The position numbers were made by a program, and so were the translations under genes. Shown piece by piece: positions 54,132-63,116 of a stretch of DNA of 63,929 nucleotides (positions are counted from its first letter, which is position 1; the number at the start of each line of letters is the position of its first letter). The DNA is taken from positions 1 to 63,929 of the forward strand of contig JAQUPI010000005.1 in NCBI GenBank assembly GCA_028716705.1, written 5' to 3'. The DNA is from Candidatus Omnitrophota bacterium. GTDB lineage: Bacteria; Omnitrophota; Gorgyraeia; Gygaellales; Profunditerraquicolaceae. Below the pieces are notes generated by a model. It saw only the letters and a list, made by a program, of their open reading frames with translations. It was not told where the DNA came from and ran no database searches.

Positions 54132-56195
54132 ATGCCTGTATTTATTTTCCTGTTTATCAATTCCATAGTAGGATTAAGCGCCTATATCGCCGTTTACAAG
54201 CTATTCCAATATAAGGGTTTTGTTGACGCGCTGATCTGCTGGTTCGTCTTTTATTTCAGCCAGATCGCGTTGACCTCGCTTATATTGGGGGTCCTGTCCC
54301 AGCTTAGGCTAAGTAATCTTATTCTCCTGAATTTAATTACGCTGTTTTCCCTCTGGCTGGTTTCCAGAAAACGCGCTTCTTCCTTCGATCCGCGGCCCCT
54401 TAAGAATTCTCTGCCCGCGCTTTTTAGCAATAAAGTTATACTTTTGGCCCTAAGCGTAATTCTTTCCTTCGGCGTGGTCAAGATCTTCATAAATTTGGTT
54501 AATCCTCCTTTTGGATGGGACAGCTTGAATTACCATTTTACTTTTCCCGTCGAGTGGCTCAAAAACGCTAATCTGCATACGCCTATCACCGTTTTCGACG
54601 ACCCTTCCCCGAGTTATTACCCTATAGGGGCAAGCCTTTATTTCTTCTGGTTGATCTTGCCTTTTAAAAGCGTGTTTATGGCGGACTTGGGCCAGGTGCC
54701 CTTTTTTGTCCTCGCGTTTTTCGCGGTATTCTCTATATCAAGAAAACTGAGCTTAAACAGGGAATTTTCTTTCCTTGCCGCTTCGCTCTTCTTTATGATC
54801 CCGAATTTTTTTAAACAATTACAGATCGCCTACGCGGATGTGATGATGGCGGCCCTGTTCCTGGCCTGCCTGAATTCGCTTTTCCTGTTACGCGGGGAAT
54901 TCTCGCGGCGGAATACGCTGAGCTGGAGCCTGAGCCTGGGGTTAATGCTCTCCACAAAAACCGTTGCTTTGCCATACTCCGCCCTTTTAACCATCCCGTT
55001 CATTTATTTGACTGTGAAAAACATTAACCGGGTCTATTTATTTTTCTTCTCGGCTGCCGTCGTTTGCGCGCTAGGCGGATTCTCTTATATCAGGAACTTC
55101 ATAGAAGCTCAAAATCCGTTGTATCCGTTAAACCTGTCTTTTTGGGGCAGGGAGATCCTAAAGGGCCCGATCAGCGCCGCGGATTACAGGTCGCGTTTTA
55201 GCCTTGGAGATTACCGTTTTGTTAAAATGCTTTTTCACGAGGGCCTGGGTTTGCAGACACTCCTCTTTGTTTTGCCTGCTTCTTTTTTGGCTTTGCCAAT
55301 TGCCTTCATAAAAAAAAGGAGAGGGGTGGGTTTTTTCAAAGGTTACCTGTTCTGTCTGCCTGTTCTCCTCTTTTTGGCCTACCGTTTCATAATTCCCTAC
55401 GCGAATCTAAGATACTTATATCCGCTTTTGGGCCTGGGTGTTATCCTGGCTTTTTATACCGCGGATAAATTGAATTTGCCAAGATCATCGATAAATATCC
55501 TGAGCGCGATCTGCGTCATTAGCTCTATGGCGGAGCTGGCCAAGCGCAGGGAGCTGGTTACTTCAGCAATACTGGCGATTTTGATTTTCGCGTTATCCTT
55601 GATCATGATTATCCGGAGGCCGAGGATCCCGGTAAAAAAATCCGTTCTTTACATGGGGATCGTTATTTCGGCGGTCATTTCTTTGTTTGTCCTCCAGGAT
55701 TATTACATAAAAAATGAATACCCAAGATATTTAAAGATGGTAAAATACTCAGGTTTCTGGCCGGATGCCGCCAAGGCGTGGGATTGGCTGAACTCAAATA
55801 CAGAGGGAGATAATGTCGCTTACGCGGGCAGGCCCGTGCCTTTTCCGCTGTACGGGACAAATTTTAAGAACAATGTTTATTATGTTTCCGTAAATAAGAC
55901 AGAACCGGCAAAGCTGCATTATTTTCCCGATAGCGATTACGCGTGGGGGGAAGATTTCATAAGCCTGCATATGAGCTTCGAGGAAGAAGGCAATTACCGG
56001 GGTGGGGCGGATTTTTCCACCTGGATGAATAACCTGGGGAGGCGGGGCACGGATTATTTATTCGTTTATTCGCTGCACCAGACAAAAGAGCTCGCCTTTC
56101 CGGTGGAAGATGATTGGGCAAGGCAAAATAAAGTATTCTTCCGCCCCGTTTTTATCAACGATACCATACACATTTACAAGATCAGTAAAGGATAA
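54132..56195 (+). CDS. Large polytopic GT-C-fold-like glycosyltransferase (ArnT/PMT-like candidate)
   Basis: 687 aa. About 14 TM segments plus a ~170-aa C-terminal soluble domain. Loop motif PPFGWDSLNYH. Followed by a polyprenyl-P GT2. Confidence 0.5.
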   Translation: MPVFIFLFINSIVGLSAYIAVYKLFQYKGFVDALICWFVFYFSQIALTSLILGVLSQLRLSNLILLNLITLFSLWLVSRKRASSFDPRPLKNSLPALFSNKVILLALSVILSFGVVKIFINLVNPPFGWDSLNYHFTFPVEWLKNANLHTPITVFDDPSPSYYPIGASLYFFWLILPFKSVFMADLGQVPFFVLAFFAVFSISRKLSLNREFSFLAASLFFMIPNFFKQLQIAYADVMMAALFLACLNSLFLLRGEFSRRNTLSWSLSLGLMLSTKTVALPYSALLTIPFIYLTVKNINRVYLFFFSAAVVCALGGFSYIRNFIEAQNPLYPLNLSFWGREILKGPISAADYRSRFSLGDYRFVKMLFHEGLGLQTLLFVLPASFLALPIAFIKKRRGVGFFKGYLFCLPVLLFLAYRFIIPYANLRYLYPLLGLGVILAFYTADKLNLPRSSINILSAICVISSMAELAKRRELVTSAILAILIFALSLIMIIRRPRIPVKKSVLYMGIVISAVISLFVLQDYYIKNEYPRYLKMVKYSGFWPDAAKAWDWLNSNTEGDNVAYAGRPVPFPLYGTNFKNNVYYVSVNKTEPAKLHYFPDSDYAWGEDFISLHMSFEEEGNYRGGADFSTWMNNLGRRGTDYLFVYSLHQTKELAFPVEDDWARQNKVFFRPVFINDTIHIYKISKG

Positions 56196-56197
56196 AT

Positions 56198-56875
56198 ATG
56201 CCGCTACTCTCAGTAATAGTCCCGGTCTTTAATGAAGCCAAGACTATCGCAAGCATTTTAGAAAACATCGATTCCGTCCCTGTCGAAAAAGAGATAATCG
56301 TGGTCAACGACGGATCAACCGACGGCACCGATAAGATCCTGAGCGGGATAAAATACAATAACCTCAAGGTCATTCATCACATCAGTAACCGCGGCAAAGG
56401 CGCGGCGTTCCTGACCGGGTTGTCCCAGGCCGGGGGAGAATTTGTGATCATCCAGGACGCGGACCTGGAATACGACCCGAACGACTACTTGAAGCTAATG
56501 CAGGCGATAAAGGAGAATAACGCGGATATCGTCCTTGGCGCCAGGTTCACAAAGGGCTACCGCGGTTTATTCATACACAGCCTTGGGAACAGGATATTGA
56601 CCGTTTTGATGAACCTTTTATTTGATCTGAAGCTCAATGATTGTTTTACCTGTTATAAATTGTTCCGGAGGGAGACTATAAGGAAGCTGGGCCTGAAAGA
56701 GCAGAGTTTTACCATTGAGACCGAGATTGTGGCGAAAGCCGCGAAAGGCGGCCTGAAGATAATCGAAGTTCCGGTATCGTATCATCCCAGGAGTTACGCG
56801 CAGGGAAAGAAGATACGCTGCGGCGACGGGTTCCAGGCGATCAAAACCATATTTAAATACCGTATACATGAATAA
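56198..56875 (+). CDS. GT2 polyprenyl-phosphate glycosyltransferase (ArnC/GtrB/DPM1-like)
   Basis: 225 aa. VIVPVFNE, VVNDGSTDGT, NRGKGAA and IQDADLEYDP motifs. Confidence 0.8.
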   Translation: MPLLSVIVPVFNEAKTIASILENIDSVPVEKEIIVVNDGSTDGTDKILSGIKYNNLKVIHHISNRGKGAAFLTGLSQAGGEFVIIQDADLEYDPNDYLKLMQAIKENNADIVLGARFTKGYRGLFIHSLGNRILTVLMNLLFDLKLNDCFTCYKLFRRETIRKLGLKEQSFTIETEIVAKAAKGGLKIIEVPVSYHPRSYAQGKKIRCGDGFQAIKTIFKYRIHE

Positions 56876-58100
56876 AATAGCGCGAACCGCCAAATTACTG
56901 GATCACATCATTTATTTCTTTATAATACTTATTCCTTTTTTTATGTCCATCGCCCCGGCGCCTGTCAATGTATTCGAAGGGTTTTTACTCGTTGCCTTTT
57001 TGGCCAAGAAGGCCCTTAAGAAAGAGAAACTCTTCGCGAGCTACGACGCGAATATACCCCTTTTGTTTTTATTCCTGATCACCTGCCTTTCAATGATCAA
57101 TTCAGTCAGCTATATGGATACCCTTAAAGGAGGGATATTCAAGCTTTTCAGGTATATCCTGGTATTCCTCATAGTCGCGGAAGAAGTCAAAGGCGTAAAA
57201 CAAATTAAAACGGTCATATTGGCTGCCGGGTTGGGGATCGTCCTCGCTTCTATCGACGGTTTTTGGCAGGTCTTTACAGGTAAGGACTTTATCAGAGGCT
57301 ATATTCCGGTCATCAATATCGGATTGGTCAGGGCTACGGCTTCCTTTAAAGACTCTAACCTGCTGGGAATTTACCTGAGCGCGTTAACGCCCCTGATCTT
57401 CGGCCTGGTATTGTTCTTACGCGGAAAGAAGAAAGCGTTGACAATGGCCGTCAGTTTAGTCGCTTTAACAGGCATATTCCTTACTTACTCCAGGCCGACT
57501 CTGCTGGCGGTATATGCCGCGCTATTTTTTCTAGGGATCGCCCGTAAGAATAAGAAATTAGTTTCGTTTTTAATTATACTCACGCTGCTCGCGCCTTTTA
57601 TCGCTCCAAGATCGGTTAAAAACTGGGCGAAAGAAGTCGATTATAACTTTTTCAGGTTTATGTGCAATGACGACAGGATAGCCGTCTACCGTAATTCCCT
57701 GAATATGATAAAGGACCATCCGGTCATCGGCCTGGGCGCCAATACATATATGAAGAGTTACAAGAAATACCGCGAGCCGGTGGAATACCGCAATGTCATC
57801 ACGAAAGACCATATGTACGCCCACAATAATTTTATCCACATGGCGGCGGAAATAGGGCTTGCGGGACTGGCGGTTTTCATCTGGTTCCTTTACGCTTTAT
57901 TCCGGCAAATCAGGCGCATTTATAAAAAGCTGGACGATCCTTTTATAAAGACCGTTTCCCTGTCATTAACCGCCTGTTTGATCGCTTTCCTGGCCAACGG
58001 CCTTACTGAAAGCAGCCTTTATTATTCCCGGGTGGCGTTGATATTCTGGTACATCTCCGGCCTTTCTCTTTCCCTTAATAAATTCGCTTATGATAAATAA
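56868..58100 (+). CDS. O-antigen ligase / Wzy_C-domain protein (WaaL/PglL/TfpO-like)
   Basis: 410 aa, about 10-12 TM segments. Signature HMYAHNNFIHMAAEIGLAGL. Confidence 0.8.
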   Translation: MNKIARTAKLLDHIIYFFIILIPFFMSIAPAPVNVFEGFLLVAFLAKKALKKEKLFASYDANIPLLFLFLITCLSMINSVSYMDTLKGGIFKLFRYILVFLIVAEEVKGVKQIKTVILAAGLGIVLASIDGFWQVFTGKDFIRGYIPVINIGLVRATASFKDSNLLGIYLSALTPLIFGLVLFLRGKKKALTMAVSLVALTGIFLTYSRPTLLAVYAALFFLGIARKNKKLVSFLIILTLLAPFIAPRSVKNWAKEVDYNFFRFMCNDDRIAVYRNSLNMIKDHPVIGLGANTYMKSYKKYREPVEYRNVITKDHMYAHNNFIHMAAEIGLAGLAVFIWFLYALFRQIRRIYKKLDDPFIKTVSLSLTACLIAFLANGLTESSLYYSRVALIFWYISGLSLSLNKFAYDK

Positions 58101-59049
58101 GGAAGCCGTTAAAGAGGTCCTGGTTTTTAGAAATGACAGGTTCGGAGAATTTCTCCTGAATATCCCGGCTCTGCGGGCGTTAAAAGAAACATTTGCGAAT
58201 GCCAGGTTGACCGCGGTAATAAACCCGCGGTTAGAAGAGCTGGCCGCGGGTATACCTTATATAGACGAGGTGATATTATGGGCGCCGGGTAAGCACAAAC
58301 TGGCAGAAAAGTTCGCCTTAATAAAAGAATTAAGGGAAAAGCGCATAGATATCGCGGTTATCCTCAATCCGTCTAAGGATTTCAATCTTTTATCATTTTT
58401 AGCCGGTATCAAGATAAGGGCGGGCTATGACAGGAAATGGGGTTTCCTGCTTACGCATAGGATGGCGGATAAAAAGCATCTTGGAGAAAAGCATGAAATA
58501 GAATATAATCTGGAATTAGTCTCTTTGCTCGGAGCCCGGACTCAGGACAAGGCGCTTTCATTGGAAGTGAAAGATACGGGCGGGCTTTTGGATGCCGAGC
58601 CCGGAAAAGAACTGATCGCCCTGCACCCGTGGACGAGCGACCCGGTAAAGCAATGGCCCCTTTCGAATTTCAGGAGATTAGCCGAAAGGCTTTGCGCGCA
58701 AGACAAGTGGGAAGTGCTTTTGATCGGCGGCGCAGAAGAAGCCGGGCAGGCAAAAGATTCCTTCTCAGGGGTCGGAGGGTTAATCGATCTAACGGGCCGA
58801 ACTTCCTTGATGCAGCTGGGAGCAGTTTTGAAGCGCTGCGGGATGCTGATCTCGGGCGATAGCGGCCCGGTGCATCTGGCTTGCTGTGTAAACACTAAGG
58901 TGCTTGCCCTTTTCAGGAGCGATCTCCCCGGAAAGAGCGCGCGCAGATGGGGCCCGTGGGGAAAGGGGCATGCGGTCATCGAGAAACCAAAGCTTTCGGA
59001 TATCAGCGTAGACGAAGTTTTCGAGAAAATAAAACAGGCGGCAGCATGA
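58090..59049 (+). CDS. GT9 glycosyltransferase (heptosyltransferase family)
   Basis: 319 aa. FGEFLLNIPALRALKETF and LISGDSGPVHLA motifs. Confidence 0.8.
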   Translation: MINKEAVKEVLVFRNDRFGEFLLNIPALRALKETFANARLTAVINPRLEELAAGIPYIDEVILWAPGKHKLAEKFALIKELREKRIDIAVILNPSKDFNLLSFLAGIKIRAGYDRKWGFLLTHRMADKKHLGEKHEIEYNLELVSLLGARTQDKALSLEVKDTGGLLDAEPGKELIALHPWTSDPVKQWPLSNFRRLAERLCAQDKWEVLLIGGAEEAGQAKDSFSGVGGLIDLTGRTSLMQLGAVLKRCGMLISGDSGPVHLACCVNTKVLALFRSDLPGKSARRWGPWGKGHAVIEKPKLSDISVDEVFEKIKQAAA

Positions 59050-60113
59050 ATTACGCGATCATTTTAGCGGGCGGATCGGGAAAACGCTTTTGGCCTTTGA
59101 GCAGGGAAATAAAACCGAAGCAATTCCTCAGCGTTTGTTCCTCCAGGCCGATGATCGAGGAGGTTATCGGGAAAATAACCCCGTTCATTGAGAGAAAAAA
59201 TATCTTTATAGCTTCCGGAAGGTTTTATGCGGGAAGAGTCAAAGAATGCGCAGGGAAGACGCGTATACCGTCCTCAAACTTATTATTGGAGCCGCGGGCA
59301 AAGAATACATTCGCTCCGGTAGCGGTTTTATGCGCGAAGATCTCTCGTCTTGATCCGGATTCCGCCATATTGGTCCTGCCGAGCGACCATTTTATTAAAT
59401 ATCAAAATAAGTTTCGAGATGTATTAAAGATAGCCTTTTGTGCCGCGCAAAACGGCCGTATCGTTACACTTGGGATCAGGCCAAACGGGCCCGAGACCGG
59501 ATATGGGTATATTAAAATAAAGGGGCCTGCCTGCCCGTCCGGCAGGCCGGCAGGCAGGACAAAAGTATATAATGTTGATAGTTTCATAGAAAAACCGGAT
59601 CTCGCCAGGGCGAAGTCATTCGCAAGGGATAAGAGGTATTATTGGAATAGCGGGATCTTCCTTTTCAAAGCCCGGGTAATGCTGGAAGAGATCAAAAGGT
59701 TAATGCCGCGGGTTTATGGCCTGCTTAATAGGGGCATGAGCAAAAGAAACCTTAACTTGATATGGAAGGGAATCCCTTCCGTATCCATCGATTATGCCGT
59801 GATGGAGAGGACGAAAAGGATGGCGGTTGTTCCCGCGGATTACGGATGGATGGACCTGGGCAGTTGGGAGGCGGCAGCTGAATTGGCAAAGAAAGATAAA
59901 CATGGGAATGTTTTCCCCGGAAAACACATAGATATCGGCAGCCGGAATACGTTTGTACGGCCAGGGAAGAGATTGATAGCCACGATAGGGTTAAAGGATA
60001 TTATCGTGGTAGATGCCGAAGACGCGCTTCTGATCGCCGACAGAAAAGAGTGCCAGCAGGTAAAAAGAATTGTTGAGATCTTAAAAAAGACGAACTTAAA
60101 AAGGCTGATCTAG
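59046..60113 (+). CDS. manC: Mannose-1-phosphate guanylyltransferase
   Basis: Start at MNYAIILAGGSGKRFWPLS (the track start 58947 is rejected). GYGYI, FIEKPD and WNSGIF motifs. Confidence 0.8.
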   Translation: MNYAIILAGGSGKRFWPLSREIKPKQFLSVCSSRPMIEEVIGKITPFIERKNIFIASGRFYAGRVKECAGKTRIPSSNLLLEPRAKNTFAPVAVLCAKISRLDPDSAILVLPSDHFIKYQNKFRDVLKIAFCAAQNGRIVTLGIRPNGPETGYGYIKIKGPACPSGRPAGRTKVYNVDSFIEKPDLARAKSFARDKRYYWNSGIFLFKARVMLEEIKRLMPRVYGLLNRGMSKRNLNLIWKGIPSVSIDYAVMERTKRMAVVPADYGWMDLGSWEAAAELAKKDKHGNVFPGKHIDIGSRNTFVRPGKRLIATIGLKDIIVVDAEDALLIADRKECQQVKRIVEILKKTNLKRLI

Positions 60114-60129
60114 GGCGAGGCTGGAACCA

Positions 60130-61200
60130 TTGAAGAAATTCCTTATTTGCAACCCTTTTGGTATCGGGGATATATTATTCACTACCCCGGTCATCAGGGC
60201 AATAAAAGACCAGGCGCCGGAAAATACGATAGGCTACTGGTGCAATGAGCGGGCGAAGGGCATTATTAAAAATAACCCGGCGATAGACAGGATATTCCCG
60301 TTATCAAGAGGGGATTTAAAGAAGATATCCCGGGAGTCGGTCTTTCGCGGCATGCGTGAATACGCCGGATTGGCTTTCGCCATAAAGAGGGAAAAATATG
60401 GAACTTTCCTTGATTTCTCCATGGACCATCGCTACAGCCTGTTAGCCAAACTCGTCGGAATTAAAAGAAGAATAGGCTTTGATTATAAAAATAGAGGCAG
60501 GTTCCTAACGGACAAGATAACCATAGAGGGTTACCGGGATAAGCACGTAGTCGAGCACTACCTCGAGTTATTAAAACCGTTGGGTATAGAGCCCAAATCC
60601 CTTAACTTGGAGATAAACGTTCCTCCGGATGATAGCGAGAGGGCGGAAGAATTTCTTGCCCGTTCCGGAGTGGGAAAAGGGGACGTGGTCATCGGTATGG
60701 CTCCCGGCGCGGGCGCCAGCTGGGGAAAAGATTCCGGTTTGAAACACTGGCCGGCGGAAAATTACGGAAAATTGGCGGACAGGCTGATCGATAATTTCCA
60801 AGCTAGTGTTGTGCTCTTGGGAGACGAATCGGAGAAATACATCGCGGATATAATTTCAGCTAACATGAAAAACCGGCCGGCGAATTTGACCGTAAGCACG
60901 AGCCTGGAGGAGCTTTGCGCGATAATAAACGAGCTTGACGTCCTTATCACTAACGACGGCGGCCCTCTGCATATAGCTTCCGCTTTAGGCAAGAAGACGC
61001 TCTCTTTCTTCGGGCCGGTCGACCCGCGGATCTACGGCCCGTATCCTTTTGACCCGAAACGCCATATAGTTTTAAGGAAACAGCTTGAGTGCAGCCCCTG
61101 TTACACGGATTTTCGTCTGGAAAAGTGCTTAAGAAATAAAGAATGTTTGGAAACAATTGACGTTGATTCAGCCTTTGAGGCGGTCAAGAAGTTATTGTAA
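60130..61200 (+). CDS. GT9 glycosyltransferase (heptosyltransferase family)
   Basis: 356 aa, TTG start. GIGDILFTTPVIRAIK and LITNDGGPLHIA motifs. Confidence 0.8.
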   Translation: MKKFLICNPFGIGDILFTTPVIRAIKDQAPENTIGYWCNERAKGIIKNNPAIDRIFPLSRGDLKKISRESVFRGMREYAGLAFAIKREKYGTFLDFSMDHRYSLLAKLVGIKRRIGFDYKNRGRFLTDKITIEGYRDKHVVEHYLELLKPLGIEPKSLNLEINVPPDDSERAEEFLARSGVGKGDVVIGMAPGAGASWGKDSGLKHWPAENYGKLADRLIDNFQASVVLLGDESEKYIADIISANMKNRPANLTVSTSLEELCAIINELDVLITNDGGPLHIASALGKKTLSFFGPVDPRIYGPYPFDPKRHIVLRKQLECSPCYTDFRLEKCLRNKECLETIDVDSAFEAVKKLL

Positions 61201-61230
61201 GAGGCAATAAGATAAGGAGGAACGCTTTAC

Positions 61231-62349
61231 ATGAACAAAATACCCGTTTTGGACCTTAAGAAGCAGATCGGCCCGATACGCGGCGAGATCGACGCCGCGA
61301 TCGCGAAAGTGATCGATAATACGAATTTCATCCTTGGGCAGGAGGTGCGGGATTTCGAGAGCGACGTCCAGAAATACTGCGGCGTAAAATACGCCGTCGG
61401 CGTCTCTAACGGGACAGACGCCATTAAGCTGGCGCTGGCCGCCTGCGGTATCAAGCCCGGAGATAAAGTGCTTTGTCCGGCATTTACTTATTACGCTACC
61501 GCCGGGGCGATAGCCGCAACCGGGGCGGACCCCGTTTTTGTGGATATAGATCCCGAAACTTATAATATTTCGGCGGAAGGCATAACAACGGCGCTTAAGA
61601 ACGACGAGGGAAAAAAGATAAAGGCGGTTATACCGGTCCATCTTTACGGGCAATGTTCAGATATGGACGTTATCATGAAAATCGCCGTAAAACATGACCT
61701 TAAGGTCGTAGAGGATACTGCCCAGGCCTTTGGGGCGGAATATAAAGGCAAAAAGGCGGGAACGGCCGGTGATTTCGGCTCAGTAAGTTTCTTCCCCGGT
61801 AAAAACCTGGGAGCTTTTGGCGACGCCGGGATGGTCATGACCAACAGCGAAAGCGCGGCGGATAAGCTCAGGATATTGAGGAACCAGGGGAATAAAGATA
61901 AATATTATCATTTAGTACTCGGTTTCAATAACCGGATGGATACGATACAGGCGGCCGTACTTAGGGTAAAACTGAAATACCTCGATTCGTGGAATAAGAA
62001 AAGGCAGCAGAACGCCGAATATTTTAACCGTCAACTATCCGGATTGGATATCAAGACTCCTTTTGTACCATCTTATACAACGCATATTTACCACCAGTAT
62101 ATCCTCAGGCTGAATTCTTCAAGCAAGGGCTTGATAGGGCACCTTCAGGGTAAAGGCATAGATACCCGGGTCTATTACCCGTTACCCTTACACATGCAGG
62201 ATTGCTTTAAGTATCTCGGATATAAGGAAGGCGATTTTCCCGTATCAGAAAAAGCTTCTACCACCACGTTGGCGATACCTGTCTATCCCGATCTGGCGCA
62301 AGAAGAACTGGATTACATAGTCAATTCCATAAAGGAGTTCCTGCGATGA
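61231..62349 (+). CDS. DegT/DnrJ/EryC1/StrS family PLP-dependent sugar aminotransferase
   Basis: 372 aa, RBS aaggagg. FESDVQKYCGVKYAVGVSNGTDA and SFFPGKNLGAFGDAG (Lys) motifs. Confidence 0.9.
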   Translation: MNKIPVLDLKKQIGPIRGEIDAAIAKVIDNTNFILGQEVRDFESDVQKYCGVKYAVGVSNGTDAIKLALAACGIKPGDKVLCPAFTYYATAGAIAATGADPVFVDIDPETYNISAEGITTALKNDEGKKIKAVIPVHLYGQCSDMDVIMKIAVKHDLKVVEDTAQAFGAEYKGKKAGTAGDFGSVSFFPGKNLGAFGDAGMVMTNSESAADKLRILRNQGNKDKYYHLVLGFNNRMDTIQAAVLRVKLKYLDSWNKKRQQNAEYFNRQLSGLDIKTPFVPSYTTHIYHQYILRLNSSSKGLIGHLQGKGIDTRVYYPLPLHMQDCFKYLGYKEGDFPVSEKASTTTLAIPVYPDLAQEELDYIVNSIKEFLR

Positions 62350-63116
62350 TCAATCTATCGGTTGTCGTGCTTACTAAAAACGAAGAGAAAAATATATCCA
62401 GATGCCTCGATTCCGTAGTTAAGTGGGCGGATGAAATAATCGTGATCGACGATGACAGCACAGACAGGACCCTGGAGATCGCCTCCGGATATAACGCCAG
62501 GATCATCAGGAGGAAAATGGATATAGAAGGCAGGCACCGGAACTTCGCTTATGCTCAGGCAAGGAATTTATGGGTATTAAGCCTGGACGCCGACGAAGTC
62601 GCAACCGAAGAACTAAAAGCGGAGATCAACGCGGCGCTGGCGCAAAACCCTTCATATAACGGCTTTACCATCCCAAGGAGGAATTTTATCGGAGAACACT
62701 GGGTCAGATACGGAGGATGGTATCCCAGCCCCCAGCTTAAGCTTTTCAGGAAGGATAAATTCAAATATGAAGAAGCAGGAGTGCATCCGCGCGCTTTTAT
62801 GGAGGATCCCTGCGGCCATCTTAGATCGGATATAATCCATTATTCTTACAGGAATTTTGAGGATTTTCTATCGAAATTGAATAATCAAACTACCCGGGAG
62901 GCGCAAAAGTGGTTTGAGCAAAACAAGCCCATGCGCCTGGGCAGGTTCCTCTGGCGCACATACGACAGGTTCATGCGCTCCTATTTCGGCAAAAAGGGGT
63001 ATAAAGACGGATTCTTAGGTTTTGTCGTCGCTTATTACGCGGGCCTTTATCAGTTCATCAGTTATTTAAAATACCGTGAGATAATTATGGGGATTTCCAA
63101 GAAGGAGGATCGATGA
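62346..63116 (+). CDS. GT2 glycosyltransferase (LPS-core WaaE/KdtX-like)
   Basis: 256 aa. LSVVVLTKNEEKNI, IIVIDDDSTDRT and SLDADE motifs. Confidence 0.8.
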   Translation: MINLSVVVLTKNEEKNISRCLDSVVKWADEIIVIDDDSTDRTLEIASGYNARIIRRKMDIEGRHRNFAYAQARNLWVLSLDADEVATEELKAEINAALAQNPSYNGFTIPRRNFIGEHWVRYGGWYPSPQLKLFRKDKFKYEEAGVHPRAFMEDPCGHLRSDIIHYSYRNFEDFLSKLNNQTTREAQKWFEQNKPMRLGRFLWRTYDRFMRSYFGKKGYKDGFLGFVVAYYAGLYQFISYLKYREIIMGISKKEDR

